The position numbers and the translations under genes were made by a program. A DNA stretch of 64,000 bases, taken from Octopus sinensis. Taxonomy: Eukaryota. Below are positions 37,369 to 50,829 of this stretch, piece by piece. The notes under the pieces were generated by a model. It saw only the letters and a list, made by a program, of their open reading frames with translations, had not been told where the DNA came from and did not search any database. Position 1 is the first letter of the stretch; each line of letters begins with the position of its first letter. The stretch lies in the NCBI RefSeq assembly GCF_006345805.1, contig NC_043013.1, forward strand, positions 56,048,001 to 56,112,000. Reading direction: 5' to 3'.

Positions 37369-40300
37369 GACCTAGAAATACCTGGTATGGTGCCCAGGCG
37401 CACAGAAAGCCTACCAGGGTGGATCAGACCCTTTAGTGCTGACTCTCACAACTGATCTAGGAGACGGAACACTCTTACAAGAAAATCCTGCGATCGTTTT
37501 ATCATCTGACGTGTGGCACACCGTGCACCTGTACAGACCATGTTAATTCGATGGAGAGAGTGTGCTTTGTTCAGCACAAGCAATGACCACTTTAAACAAG
37601 TCAAAGTGCCGGTTGTTCAGTAAACCACTTTCACTCAATAACACCCGAGGTTTGGAGCATCGATGTTTATTTTTTTCTTTATTAAATCCTATGGCGATGA
37701 TGGGATTGTGACGGGAAGAGGTGAAGGATGTCACTGGTAGTTCCTAACATGAACATTGCACATTGGTGGTAGAAGGTAGGTGGCCGTTTTGCACAACACC
37801 TGCAAGTAATTGTGTGACTCGTGTCCTCCTTTCATAACAAAGCAGCCCTTTTTAGGATGGCACTGCTTTCCTCTTCATGGGGAGGGGTCTATAAAAGATG
37901 ACCTAAACATTGCTTGCTTGCTCTTGTCCCTGTCATCAGGTGCAGATGTCTGGGCATCCAATATTGCACCCAAATCAAAAGTAGAAAGAAAATACATGGA
38001 ACAAATATGTTCATTGTGTCTTGGAATGTGAGAACACTCTAAGATAACGTAAAGAACCCTGAACGAAGAACCGCTATCATAGCACGTGTGTTGAAGCATC
38101 ATAGAATTGGTTTTGCAGCTCTTTCCAAAACCAGGTTTGCTGATACAGGACAGTTAGAGGAAGTTGAGGGTGGGTACACTTTCTATTGGATAGGAAAAGC
38201 AAGTTCTGAGAAACGTGAATCTGGTGTTGGTTTTGCCATCAGAAGTGATATTGCCAAAAATCTTGACTCCCTGCCTGTTGATATAAATGACAGACTTATG
38301 TTCTTGCGCGTTGCAGTTGGAAAAGACAAATATGCCACATTTTTGAGTTGCTAAGCACCTACACTTAATTCATCTGATGAGCTAAAAGAAAGTTTTTACT
38401 CCTCTTTACGTGAACAGATTAACAAGGTGTCGAGTCAAGATAAGCTGTTTGTCTTAGGTGACTTCAATGCTCGTGTAGGTAGTGATACACAATCTTGGAG
38501 CAACGTCATTGGTCCACACGGAATTGGTAAAGTCAACTCAAACAGTGTTCTCTTATTCTCTCTTTGCAGTGAGTTTGATCTTCTGCTCACTTTCAGCTAC
38601 CTAATTGCAAGAAAGCCAGTTGGAAGCATCCCCGGTCAACTCATTACTATCTCATTGACTATGTCATTGTACATCGTTCTGATCGACAAGATGTAAGTCT
38701 TACACGCTCTTACAATATAGGGAAATGTTGGTCAGATCACAAATTAATCTGCTCCAAAATCAAGATGAAAATCAAACGCCCTGTTCGAAATCAACGTAGT
38801 TCTCTCATCATGAGAATTGATGTGGACAAGTTGAAGGTTAAGGAGATCTTGCAGGCGTTTCAAACGGTTACTGACGAAAAGCTGTCCTCCATTATATGTG
38901 GGAATGACATTGAGGCATCTTGGTCAGAGTTTAAAACTGCAGTGTGACTCTGCCAATGAGTCATTAGGATATGTTCGAAGGAAGAGCCAAGATTGGTTTG
39001 ATGAAAATGATCCAACCATCCTCCCTTTGCTCAGTAACATGCATCAAACCCATCATGTGTGGATTACTGACAAAAATTCTTCAGTGAAACACAAGGCTTT
39101 TCGAATGGCCAAAAAGTAGGCACAATCTCGGCTCCGGGAAATGAAACAAAACTGGTGGAAGTTGAAAGCCCAGGCCTTACAAGATGCAGCAGATAAGTGC
39201 GATTTTAAATCTTTCTACCAAAATCTCAAAGGTGTGTTTGGTTCCATCTCAAAGGGCGCATCTCCAATATTTTTGTCAGAGGGCACTCTCCTAACCGATA
39301 AGAAAGAGATTACTAAGTGCTGGGCTGAACATTTTTCAATGCTTTAAACAGAGAATCGACAGTGGATCAGGAAGTGATTGATAATCTTCCTCAGAATCTT
39401 GCTGACAGTCCATCCATGTCGGAGGTCGAAAAGGCTATAAAGCAATTGTCAAATGGTAAGGCTCCAGGTGATGATGGGATACCTGCAGAAATATACAAAT
39501 GTGGAAGCCAACTGCTAATAAGGAAACTAAGTGCTCTGTTTTCATCAATATGGGAACTTGGTACCATGCCACAACAGTTCAAAGATGCTTCAATTATTCA
39601 CCTATTTAAGCACAAAGGAAATAGATGTGAGAGTGTGATAACCATAGAGGAATTTCTCTTAAGATTCTAGTGCGTGTAATCTTAAACAGACTCAATGATT
39701 CAATTTGTAAAACTGTGCTCCCAGAAACCCAATGTGGTTTCTGGTCTGGAAGAGGCACTGTGGATATGAGCTTCAGTTTACGGCAACTACAAGAGAAAGC
39801 AAGGGAACAGAATAAGGACTTGTTTGTTACCTTTATTGATCTCACTAAGGCATTTGATACCGTCTCCAGGGATGCCCTGTGGACTGTTTTGAGGAAGCTT
39901 AGTTTTCCAGACAAGATGTAGAACGTGATTGTCTCCTTTCATCATGGAATGATGGCATCAGTACGGTCTGACTGCGAACAAAGTGAACCATTCGAAGTGT
40001 CAAATGGAGCCAAGCAAGGATGTGTCCTTGCTCCGATCCTATTTGCTCTTTTCTTTTCAGTGATGCTTGAAACAGCCTTCAAAGACACCTCAGAAGGTGT
40101 AGGTGTTGAGTATCGATCAGCAGCAGTTCAAAGCCAAAACCCGGACTTTTGTGCAGACTGTTCTTGATCTCCTTTTTGCTGATGACTGTGCTCTTGTCAC
40201 CCATAGTCTTGAGGACATGCAGAACATCCTCAATAGCTTCTCTGATGCATGTAAGGCCTTTGGTCTTACAATTAGCCTAACGAAAACTGAACTTATTCAC

Positions 40301-41254
40301 CAGCCGAAACCAAACTCTTTGCCCTCTTCACAACCAGTGGTATATGTTGATGGTAAAGCTTTGAAAACAATATCTTCTTTTACATACCTCGGCTCTATTG
40401 TGTCTGATGATGCAAAATTTGAAAAAGATATCCAAAACAGAATCAGTAAAGCAAGTGAAGCATTTGGTAGGTTGTGACACAGACTCTGGAACAGCCATGA
40501 TGTGTCTCTGAAATTAAAAGTAGCCCGCTACAAATCTGTTGTTTTATCTACTCTTCTGTATGGTGCCGAAACATGGTCCTTGTATCGCAAGCATATCAAT
40601 CAGCTTGATTCCTTCCATATGAGATGCCTGCGTTCTATTTGCAACTTTAAATGGCAAGATCATGTTCGAAATAGTGAGTTACTGGAGAGGTGTGAGATCA
40701 CTGGTATTGAAACATTTTTGATTAAGATACAAATGCGGTGGTCTGGTTATCTCACAAGAATGGATGACTCAAGAGTTCCAAAGCAGCTTTTTTATGGGCA
40801 ATTGACAAATTCTTCCCGTCCAACAGGGCGTCCTCTTCTTCGTTACAAGGACAAACTAAAAGACAATCTGAGGCGTTGTGAGCTCCTGGGAGAGTGCAGC
40901 AGGAGATCGCAGCAAATGGAGGAAAATGTGTTTTCTAAAGACTAGAGAATTTGAAAGTAACCGCCTTCATCATAGGGACGCCCTTCGTGCAAATTTGAAA
41001 GCAATGCATCAGCAAAATCCACCAAACAATGACTGCGTGTGTCACTGTGGGTTCAAAGCACGAAGCAAAGCTGGGTTAGCTGTCCACTTGAGAAGACATT
41101 TTGAACCAATGAATACATGCAAGTGTACCATTTGCGAGAAGGTGTGCAAGGCATCTGCTGGATTGAAGGTACACATGTAGTGTCACAAGGCTTAGGAATT
41201 GTTCAAGGTTATTTACTGAACCCTCATTCATCATCTTCGATGAGAGAATCCACC
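37369..41254 (+). mobile_element. Full-length decayed RTE (BovB-like) LINE with 12-bp TSD and C-terminal C2H2-like fingers
   Basis: WNVRTL/ERRTA..AALS.TR (APE), GDFNARVG, FIDLTKAFDTV, KQGCVLAP, LFADDCAL, CHCG..HLRRH and CTICEKVC..H. atatacagagag occurs at 37357-37368 and 41255-41266. Confidence 0.92.
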
Positions 41255-41413
41255 ATATACAGAGAGAGAAAGAGAGAAATTCCTAAAATGGTGTCATTGA
41301 CACCCAAAGGTGTCAGGTAATGCTGAATAAGTGCTATAGACAGACCATAGTTAAGTTCTAGTTTAGATTGTATCACATCTAAACTAACTATGACTTAACT
41401 ATCCTCTCACACC

Positions 41414-41465
41414 GTCTCCAATAAAGGGATTTAATTAATAAATATCCAAGAAACAGCTGTAAGAC
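41414..41465 (+). ncRNA. Degenerate hammerhead motif (core decayed to CCAATAA)
   Basis: gtct CCAATAA agggattt...aaatatccaa GAAA cagctg TA agac. Stems I and III are intact and the core has 3 substitutions. Confidence 0.45.
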
Positions 41466-41575
41466 CTTCTATCTATAAATGCTTTAAATTTACACAGCCT
41501 TGGTTTTTTATTTTATTATGCAAAAAACTCTTATATATATATATCAAAATAAGCAACAAGGATATCCAGAGGTAA

Positions 41576-41662
41576 TGCAGTATGATCATTTCAAGCAACT
41601 TCATTTAATTGAACAATGCAATCATTACATCAACTTAAAATGCAAAGCAATCTTCAGCTGCA
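41576..41662 (-). ncRNA. Type I hammerhead ribozyme
   Basis: Minus strand: tgcag CTGAAGA ...cattttaagttga..tcaattaaatg... GAAA tgatca TA ctgca. Stem I has 5 bp, stem III is the palindrome ATGATCAT, and the base of stem II is imperfect. Confidence 0.72.
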
Positions 41663-41862
41663 CAAAGACATAGAATTTAATTAAATTAAAACAGATGGAC
41701 ACATTAGTATAATTTTACCTAAAATCTCCAAGAAGGTGAGGAGATAGACAAAGAACATGCTGCTTTCACTTCAGCTTATTTTGAAATTCTATGGGTAATA
41801 CTGTATTAAATTCTGGTACCTCAACTCAAGTATCATATTCATCTGAATATATATATATATAA

Positions 41863-42365
41863 TCATCATCATCATCACCATCATTTAACGCTCGCTTTCC
41901 ATGCTGGCATGGGTTGGACGGTTTGACTGAGGACTGGCAAGCCTGGAGGCTGCACCAGGCTCCAATCTGATCTGACAAAGTATCTACAGCTGGATGCCCT
42001 TCCTAATGCCAACCACTCTGAGAGTGTAGTGGGTGCTTTTACGTGCCACTGCCACGAGGGCCAGTCAGGTGGTACTGGCAATGGCCATGCTCAAATGGTG
42101 TTTTTTACGTGCCACCTGCAGAGGAGCCAGTCCAGTGGCCCTGGCAATGACCTCGCTCACACGTTGTTTTTCATGTGCCACCGGTACAAGTACCAGTAAG
42201 GCAATGCTGGTAATGATCATGCTCAAATGGTGCTTCTTATGTGCCATCGGAACGGGATCCAGTCAGCAGCCTGGAAACGATCATGCTCAGATGGTGCTCT
42301 TAGCGATCCACTAGCATGGATGCCAGTCATGCAGTGCTGTCATCGAATTTGATTTCAATTTCGAT
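41863..42365 (-). mobile_element. RTE 3' UTR fragment with diverged VNTR units
   Basis: Same terminus as 15491, with repeated atggtg..ttttacgtgccac units. Confidence 0.8.
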
Positions 42366-42367
42366 AT

Positions 42368-42431
<64 letters not shown>

Positions 42432-43181
42432 GACAGGCTTCTTTTAGTTTCCATCTACCAAATCCACTCACAAGGCTTTGATCAGCCTGAAGCTATAGTA
42501 GAAGACACTTGCCCAATGTGCCATGCAGTGGAACTGAACCTGGAACCATGTTGTGGATGTGAACTATAGAGAAAACATTAGTTAGCTCCCTGTAGCCACA
42601 CCTGGTCATGTAAATTAGCATAAACAATATCTAATTACGAATTAAGGTAGCAAGCTGGTAGAATTCTTAGCATGCCAAGCAAAATGCTAAGCAGCATTTT
42701 ATCCATGTTTACATTTTGGGTTCAAATCCTGCCCAGATCAACTATGCCTTTTATCCTTATGGGGCTGATAAAATAAACACTACTTGAGCACTGGAGCCAA
42801 TATAATCGATTTACCCACTTCACCAAAATTGCTGGCCTTGTGCCAAAAATTTTAAACTAACATCTAATTAACGACTGTTTGCATATCTTGTAGTTTCGAA
42901 ATGTAAGAACGTCACTAGGCTGACTTACGCAAAAAATTTAATAGGGACCAAATAAACACAGTTGGTCTTGGGAACCCCACCACCATTGAGGAATCCCTTG
43001 AATAGGAGACAAAACTGAACCAACATAATTTAGTCGATACACTGTAAAAGGAAGTCTGTCACATGACAGAAGAAGATAAACTTATGTCTGAACGTATTAG
43101 CTTAATTTTATATCGGACAGCTGATACTGATATATAATTTGTTTGATATTAAAGCAAGAAGCAGTAGACATTGTGTGTATA

Positions 43182-43217
<36 letters not shown>

Positions 43218-45468
43218 TATGTGTCTGTGTGTATGTGTGTGTGTGTGTGTGTGTATGTGTCTGTATGTCTGTGTGTGTGTGTGTATGTGTGTGTGATCTT
43301 TACATTTATGAGATGAGTAAAATTCTTCATGAAGTAGAACATTTTTGTACAAGTAACACCATTTTCTTTGAAACTTTGTCCGACAATTCATCTGTAATGT
43401 TTAGCCTTCAATTTACCTTTTCTTCCATATTTCTCCACAAGATGTCCTATTCCTCCATCTAAATATATCGCTTCACTTGACTGGAACCCAGAAATTCTGT
43501 TTCAAATGCAGATTTGTAACAATCTTCACTAGTTTATGTTAAATTCCTAAAACTTTTAAGAAATTGGAACAGCCTGCTAAGATGGCCTTTAAGTAAAGTT
43601 AAAAGACAGGTGGTGCTAATGGGTAAACTGATTTGTAATTAGGGCTCTGTGCCAATTCTAGGGAGACAAAGATGCTACGAATAGTGCATAAACACAAGTA
43701 AAATATTTAGATTTTGCTAGATTTTGACAGATTTTTAAATGTAAAGGATTTTGTACCTGGCAGTAAAGAAGGAACAAGAATAATGAATTCAGTGTTGGAT
43801 TCAGAACTATTTGGAGGCAAAGATGATAGAGTTAAATATAATATATTGTTGAGAAATCCATTTTAACTAGTTCAGAGTTTAAAATAACCTCTTCTTGTAA
43901 CCTTTTGCAGACCCCTGCCAAATCTATGTTAAGAATCCCTGGCAATGAATATATTTTACATTTGACCCCTTCCAGCACAGCTAAACATATAACAAAATAT
44001 ATTCCCTTGCTGATATTCTTCTGTACATCACATTCAAACTGTATTTCTAAACTAATTTCTCACTGTTAGTTTACTGAAAGCCATGCAGCTGTTGTTTAAA
44101 CAAATGACAGAGTATTTAAATAATGAATAAGATTCACAAAATAGGTCTCTCAGAAACGTTTTGTGTTCAATTACTGATCATACAAGTTGCAAGTAAAGAA
44201 TAAAAAAATAAAAAAATAATAATATGATGTCGGTTGTGTGCAGAGATGGTTAACAAACACATTCGTCATTTGCAGCTACTCGTATATATATATATATCTT
44301 TAGCTTAGCAAATAACACATTTTGTGGTTTCTGCATTTCCAGTAATGAAACCACAGTTTGTTGAAGAAGGAGAATTGTGTTTGAGCAAGATGAAGGCTGT
44401 TTGTTTTTGTGATGGTAAATATCACAAGTGTCAGAAATTCCTTGCCAAATCTCACTGTGTAGAATAATCAGGTTCAGATGAGGTTGTATGTGACTGCCAG
44501 AAAAGGGGATAATAATGGCAAGTAATGTCAAAAGATCAGGAATTTAGAAAGATTTTCATCGCACACTTAACTGAAAGGTTTGTTGACATCTAACACGATA
44601 ACATTTCTTTTGATAAATTTCTATTGATTATCAAAGAATCATTGATGTGTAATAAGGAATTGTTCATCAGGATATCTGGATTTCAGGATCTGAATTGCTG
44701 ATCAATAAAGTTCGGGAAGCACCTACTCATACAGCTGATCCCTTCATGCGCAGGTGGGCTGCTGTTCACTTGTATTAGCTTACAAAGAAGCCTTTACACT
44801 CACGTCCATATTCTTTTGTATCATTCTCTTGTGCTCAGCCCCTTTGAGGAACACAGGAACTGACAGAAACTGAAGGAAAAAGTTGTTTAATAATTAAAGT
44901 AACACAACTGAGAAATTGTTAACCAATATTGACTAAACTGTTCTTATAAAGAAGTTTCCATTTGCAAGTAATACCAGACTGATTGATGTGAAGTCATTCA
45001 TTCATTGTGAGCCATTTATGATAAAGTCACTCATTATATATTTCTTTATTACCCACAAAGACAGACAAAGGGATTAAGTCGATTACATCGACCCTAGTGC
45101 ATAACTGGTACTTAACTTATCGACCCCAAAAAGATGAAAGGAAAAGTCGACCTCGGCGGAAATTTGAACTCAGAACGTAATGGCAGACAAAATATGGCTA
45201 CGCATTTATGTTGCTCATAATGAAGACCTCCATTCAACCTCTCATCCACAACATTCTGTATCCCCTCACTATGCCTTTTCTATTGCTACAGCAAGGGCTG
45301 CTTCTGGATAACTGCTTGTTCTTGAGCCAGAATTTTCAACTTATTTGTCTCTCCTCCTCCTCCTCCCCCTCTGTTCACCCCATCCCCATATCCCTGCACC
45401 AATTTTTATCACAATCCTTCCCCTCCAAAGCATTAATCTTCTGGAATTCCATCCCTTCCCATGCTTTT

Positions 45469-46061
45469 GGTAGCAAAAAATCACACAAGTAAAAATGATG
45501 TAACTCCTTGTTTTTAAAAGTAGAAACTTGGGGTTTATGTAAAATATTTTGTATAATATAAATATAAATAAATAAATGGAGTTAAACACAGGTGTTATTC
45601 AAATTCTTTTACTTCCGACACATGTTTCGAAGATATCACTGGTATTGTTCCAAAGTTATATACTTCTCATTTTTTGTTTTTCTTTCCTTTATCCCTCCTC
45701 TTTCTATAGGCTACTTTTGATATTATATCCTATATCGTTTCTTTGAAACAAACTTAATAGCGTTCAGTTAATCACTATACATATCCATCATTTTCAGTTA
45801 AAATGTCTTATTGACGAGTTTCATTTCTTCACTTCCCTGAAGAGAAGATTACGTTGTTTTACACCATTTTATTCCTTTGTAATAATATCAGTGAAATCTT
45901 CAAAACATTTGTCGAAAGTAAAAGAATTTGAATAACACCTGTGTTTAACTCCATTTATTTCTATATATATATTATACAAAATATTTCACGTAAACCCAAA
46001 GTTTCTACCTTTAAAAACAAGGAGTTACAACCTTTTTACTTGTGTGATCTTTTTTGCTACC
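45469..46061 (+). mobile_element. Fold-back ribozyme-bearing element
   Basis: ~185-bp diverged inverted arms 45469-45655 and 45875-46061. Confidence 0.78.
45831..45919 (+). ncRNA. Type I hammerhead with G12->A lesion
   Basis: acttcc CTGAAGA gaagatt...aatcttc AAAA catttg TC gaaagt. The inverted arm (45611-45634, minus) keeps the intact atcttc GAAA catgtg TC ggaagt. Confidence 0.7.
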
Positions 46062-46218
46062 CTGGTAACTGTTTATATATTTTTTCCATGTTAAATTTTT
46101 AACAAGGGAAAAATTCACACATCTATATATATATATACATATATACATGCACACACATATATATATATGTATATATACATATATACATGCACACACATAT
46201 ATATATACGTATATATAC

Positions 46219-46251
<33 letters not shown>

Positions 46252-46279
46252 TATATATATATATGTATATATATATATT

Positions 46280-46367
<88 letters not shown>

Positions 46368-46368
<1 letters not shown>

Positions 46369-47178
46369 TTGGAAGGTTTGGAGATGATGTACAGGTATTT
46401 TATATTAGAAGAAATTAGGTACTCAGAAATTTGGATGGTTTTATATTTTGGTTTTCGTTTTTCTTGTTTCAGCTCAGAGCTGTGGCCATGCTGATGTACC
46501 GCCGTCTACTGATATTTATTTGTACATTACATGTTTTTATACATCATATAACTTAGATCATGTATTGGCGCTTTCTCCCATTCTAGTGGGGTTTTCAAAT
46601 CGAACTAAGTTCCTGGGTGAAATGTTTTGACCACTTTATAGTGTTATTGAGCTCGTAGTGGTGGGGAAGACAGTACAAGAGGGTGATGGATGAGGAGAAA
46701 GTGAGAGAGAGATAGAGAGCGCATGTGTGTGTGTGTTTTTGTATTTGGAAGAAGTGTTAAAGAAAAAGAGGGGAAGGAAGAGGGAAGAAGAAGAAAAAAA
46801 TTTTTGTTCTGCTGGAGAGGATGTTTACTCCAAGGGGATTCTAAGATCTTTGGGAAAAAGAATTTGAGTTTTGACCATTTCATAGTGTTATTGAGTGTGT
46901 AGTGGTGGGGAGGGACATAAGAAGGTAGACAATAAATTATATTTTCTTCATGGTCTACCTTCTTATGTCCCTCCCCACCACTACACACTCAATAACACTA
47001 TGAAATGGTCAAAACTCTTTACACAGGAACTTAGTTCGATTTGAAAGCTCCACTAGAATGGGAGAAAGCGCTAATACATGATCTAAGTTATATGATGTAT
47101 AAAAAATGTAATATACAAATAAATATCTGTAAATATAAAACCATCCGAATTTCTGAGTACCTCATTTCTTCTAATATA
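46368..47178. mobile_element. Nested fold-back repeat between (TA)n tracts
   Basis: Perfect 65-bp arms 46866-46930/46953-47017, and diverged outer arms 46401-46671/46966-47178. Confidence 0.75.
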
Positions 47179-47375
47179 TATATATATATATATATATAAT
47201 AATAAATATTAGGGAATAAATCCAAAATTTACAGGGAAAAAATCAGATTTAGGATTAAATCGATTTTATAGTAAAATATTATAAAATATTATTCGAGACA
47301 AAACCACTATTTTGCAAAACAAACAAGGAAAGACTTAATCAATACATAAATTTTAATAAATAGTCAAAAAAACCG

Positions 47376-47418
47376 CCACTACAATTGTTTCTTGTCTTGA
47401 TCGACAATCTTCAGGTGG
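47376..47418 (-). ncRNA. Type I hammerhead ribozyme (compact, all stems perfect)
   Basis: Minus strand: ccac CTGAAGA ttgtc gatcaa gacaa GAAA caattg TA gtgg. Confidence 0.88.
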
Positions 47419-49095
47419 ACTTCCAATAATTCAGTGTCAAATTATGATGGTTGTCTACTAGCTATGCAGAGTCTGACAGCCTCATGTACCTACACCTTAG
47501 ATCCATCATGGCATCTGATGTGACTTTTTAAATCAGACTATGTCTTGAAAAGGTACCCACATAGATTGCATATCCGATTTAGACCACCAAGATCTGCAGA
47601 TAAGTTCTGATCTTTGTGAATCTTAAAATGTCTTTTGAGGCCTATATCTCTCTCTCTATATATATGTGTGTGTGTGTATGTGTGCATGTAAGTTTGTGTG
47701 AACCCTTGTGTTGTCACCCAGTGATGGTTGAAAATTACTTTCATATAAAGAAGCTGCTTGTTTCCAGTCTTCAATGGAAAACATGTCTGGTCAAGGGGAA
47801 AATATTACCTTGGTCAAAAACAGGTGAGAGTTGGCAACAGGAAGTGAATCTATCCATAGAAAAGTCAGCTGCAAAGTGTTCTGTCGGATCCAGAAAACTT
47901 GATGGGAAACAATGAATATGATGATGATGAAGTCACTGCAAAACTCCAAACATTACAGGCTTTTCATTACTTTTTCTTTAAATATTCCATTTCGGAAGAC
48001 TGTTTGGAAGCCTTTTGCTGCATTTTTAAAACATGACAAATAATTTGTAATTCTTCTAGAAATTTCTTTTAAAAATGCTGAATCCATTTTACTTTCTGTA
48101 TAGAAAAGAAATATACAAAACGCTCTCGTGGCTTGAATGTAGGCCACGCTTCCTAATTTGAAGTGAGATTATCTCATAAACTGTACAAATAATGAAATAG
48201 AATGGAAAACGTTGCCTCAAGACATACGAGACCTTTTTGCAGACGTTTTAGAAGCACAAATATTTTACGATGAATTTTAAAATTGTAACTATTTTATTTT
48301 GCCAAAATATTTCTTCACATAAGAATTTCTTTAAAATGTACAACTGAAATTATTAATAAGGTAGAATTGTTCAAAGAATGTATTTTAATATATTAAATGT
48401 AAACATGAAAATGAAGAAATGGAGAACAAAGACAGAAGAAAGAAAATGGAAAAGTGAGAAATATTCTTCACCTTATTCTCTCCATTTTCAATATCACTAC
48501 CTACATATTTACCTTAAATATATACAAATCTAATGGAAATTATCATATGGAGATATATAATATTACAAATCTTATATTATATTGGCATTAAAACTAACTG
48601 GTTCCATTGTGTGCTATTTTCAAAAGCTGCTTTTGTTTCGGTGATTAAAATAAAAATGAAAGTACCCAATACATATCATATGTAGCTGTTGTTGTTGTTG
48701 TGTAGACAACAAAATCAACATCCACTTATCAATGAAAAACTACATCCAAATACATCTTTTTTTTTTTTAATGAAATATAATGCAGCAGGCAAAATAAATT
48801 AAAGATTGTTTAGGAACTTTTAAATTTATTTTCATATCTGAAATAGAAAATAATATATATTTGGTTATTAAATATTTTATATACTTTAGAAAAATATTTT
48901 GGAATTTTTAGAGAATTTTGCTTCTTACTATCTCTTTCACCAATTCTCTCTTTCTCTCTCTCTTTAAGATATATATATATACACACATATGTGTGTGTGT
49001 ATATACATATTTATATATAGATATATATACATACATACATATATGCATACACACGCATGCATATATATATGCTTATATACATATATACATACATA

Positions 49096-49129
<34 letters not shown>

Positions 49130-49244
49130 CATACATATATGCATGAATGCACATGCATATATATGTTTATATACATATATACATACATATACATATACAT
49201 ACAGACATATACATATATATACATGCATACATACAAAATAAATA

Positions 49245-49520
49245 TCAAATGGAAATTGTAGTTACGATACCTGTGCCGGCAGCACATAAAAAGCATCATC
49301 CAAACGTGGCCGATGCCAGCACTGCCTTGACTGGCTTCTGTGCCGGTGGCACGTAAAAAGCACCCACTACACTCACGGAGTGGTTGGCGTTAGGAAGGGC
49401 ATCCAGCTGTAGAAACACTGCCAGATCAAGCTGGAGCCTGGTGCAGCCTTCTGGCTTCCCAGACCCCAGTCGAACCGTCCAACCCATGCTAGCACGGAAA
49501 ACGGACGTTAAACAATGATG

Positions 49521-49522
<2 letters not shown>
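49245..49522 (+). mobile_element. RTE 3' end with tail
   Basis: Reverse complement of the 52896-53090 terminus. Another decayed copy lies at ~58785-58950 (minus). Confidence 0.85.
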
Positions 49523-49567
<45 letters not shown>

Positions 49568-49854
49568 AATGTATATAGGTATATACATATGTACATACAC
49601 ACACAGATACACACACACACAGATAGTCCACATTACCTTATAAGGAATATAGGCAGGTTTTCAAAGAATGCATTTTGATATATTAAATGTGAACACTGTA
49701 AAAGCAATAAATTGTGATACAGACAGCCATAGTGAAGACTATGAAGTGATGGCTGTCAGGATGGGACACTGTAGCTATATTATGTCTCCATGCCAGAATT
49801 CATCCAGCAACGGATGAACAGAAGCCTAGGCTCAATTCAGACACGTTTGTGAAG

Positions 49855-50757
49855 CTGCTCAGGCTAAATGTGACAAGTTTCATGTTTCCTCTTTTCTGCT
49901 CAGGCTAAATGTGACAATTTTCATGTTTCCTCTTTTTAGGAATAACTTGATGAAATGGTGAACAGTCTATAGCATTGGGTGGCATTAATATTAAAGTTGC
50001 AGTTGAGAAAATGTGAGCTGACATGGAGGAAGGAAGCAATCTGAATGTTGGGAAAGCATTACCTGTATAACGAGGATTTGTGCTGGGTGTATCATTATGT
50101 CTGTCCCATGACTGCTGCTCCCTACTCTGTGAACATTGTGAAGGCTGCAAGATGTGACATAGACAACTCTAACAGAGACTATGAAGCTGTGGTCAGCTGG
50201 ATGGGACACGATAGGCATCCAACAAGTGCTGAAGAGGAGGACTTTAGACACAATTCAGACAACTATGTGAAGTTGCTTGAAGCTGTGGTCAAACCCTGGC
50301 TGGAGAGAGTCACAGCTGGAGGGCCATATGTGTGACAGCAGGATTCAGCTTCTTGCCATATCTCAAGAAAGGATCAGAAGTGCTTGTTGGAGAATTTCTT
50401 CCACTTCACCAGCCCCAATTTCTGGCCTCATAATCCCGCCGATTGTTATTCCATGGGTTTCTATTGTGGGACATGGTTGAGAAAGACACTTGAACTCACC
50501 AAGGCTGAGTTGGTGACCAAAACCAACGAAGTGTTCAATGATCTTCCCAAGGACACAGGGAGAAACACATATGCCAGGTCTTGGAGCTGCTTTTAGGCCA
50601 TTGTGGCAGCTGACAGAGGTTACTTCGAGTAAGTTGTTATCTCGCAGGCAGAGTCCAGTTGATACTTTTGATTTGCTCAAACACTTTTATCTATCGTTGA
50701 GATACTGTGCTTTCTTTTCTGTTATGCAAATTGTCACATTTAACCTGAACACCCTGT
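49855..50757 (+). mobile_element. Decayed Tc1/mariner-superfamily element (DD37D/maT-like)
   Basis: TIRs gctcaggctaaatgtgacaa (duplicated at 49857 and 49898) and ttgtcacatttaacctgaacaccctg-TA; VKPWLE...YV*QQDSASCH...FWPHNPADC. Confidence 0.75.
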
Positions 50758-50766
50758 ATGCATACA

Positions 50767-50797
<31 letters not shown>

Positions 50798-50829
50798 TTG
50801 TATTTTTGTATATCTCTCTCTATATATAT

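Noticed and set aside
37369-37480. Possible HDV-like ribozyme at the RTE 5' end
   Set aside because: A cctggta/taccagg stem is present, but I could not build the nested double pseudoknot by eye.
38370-40190. CTGATGA strings inside RTE coding sequence
   Set aside because: Explained by SDE/ADD codons; no stems.
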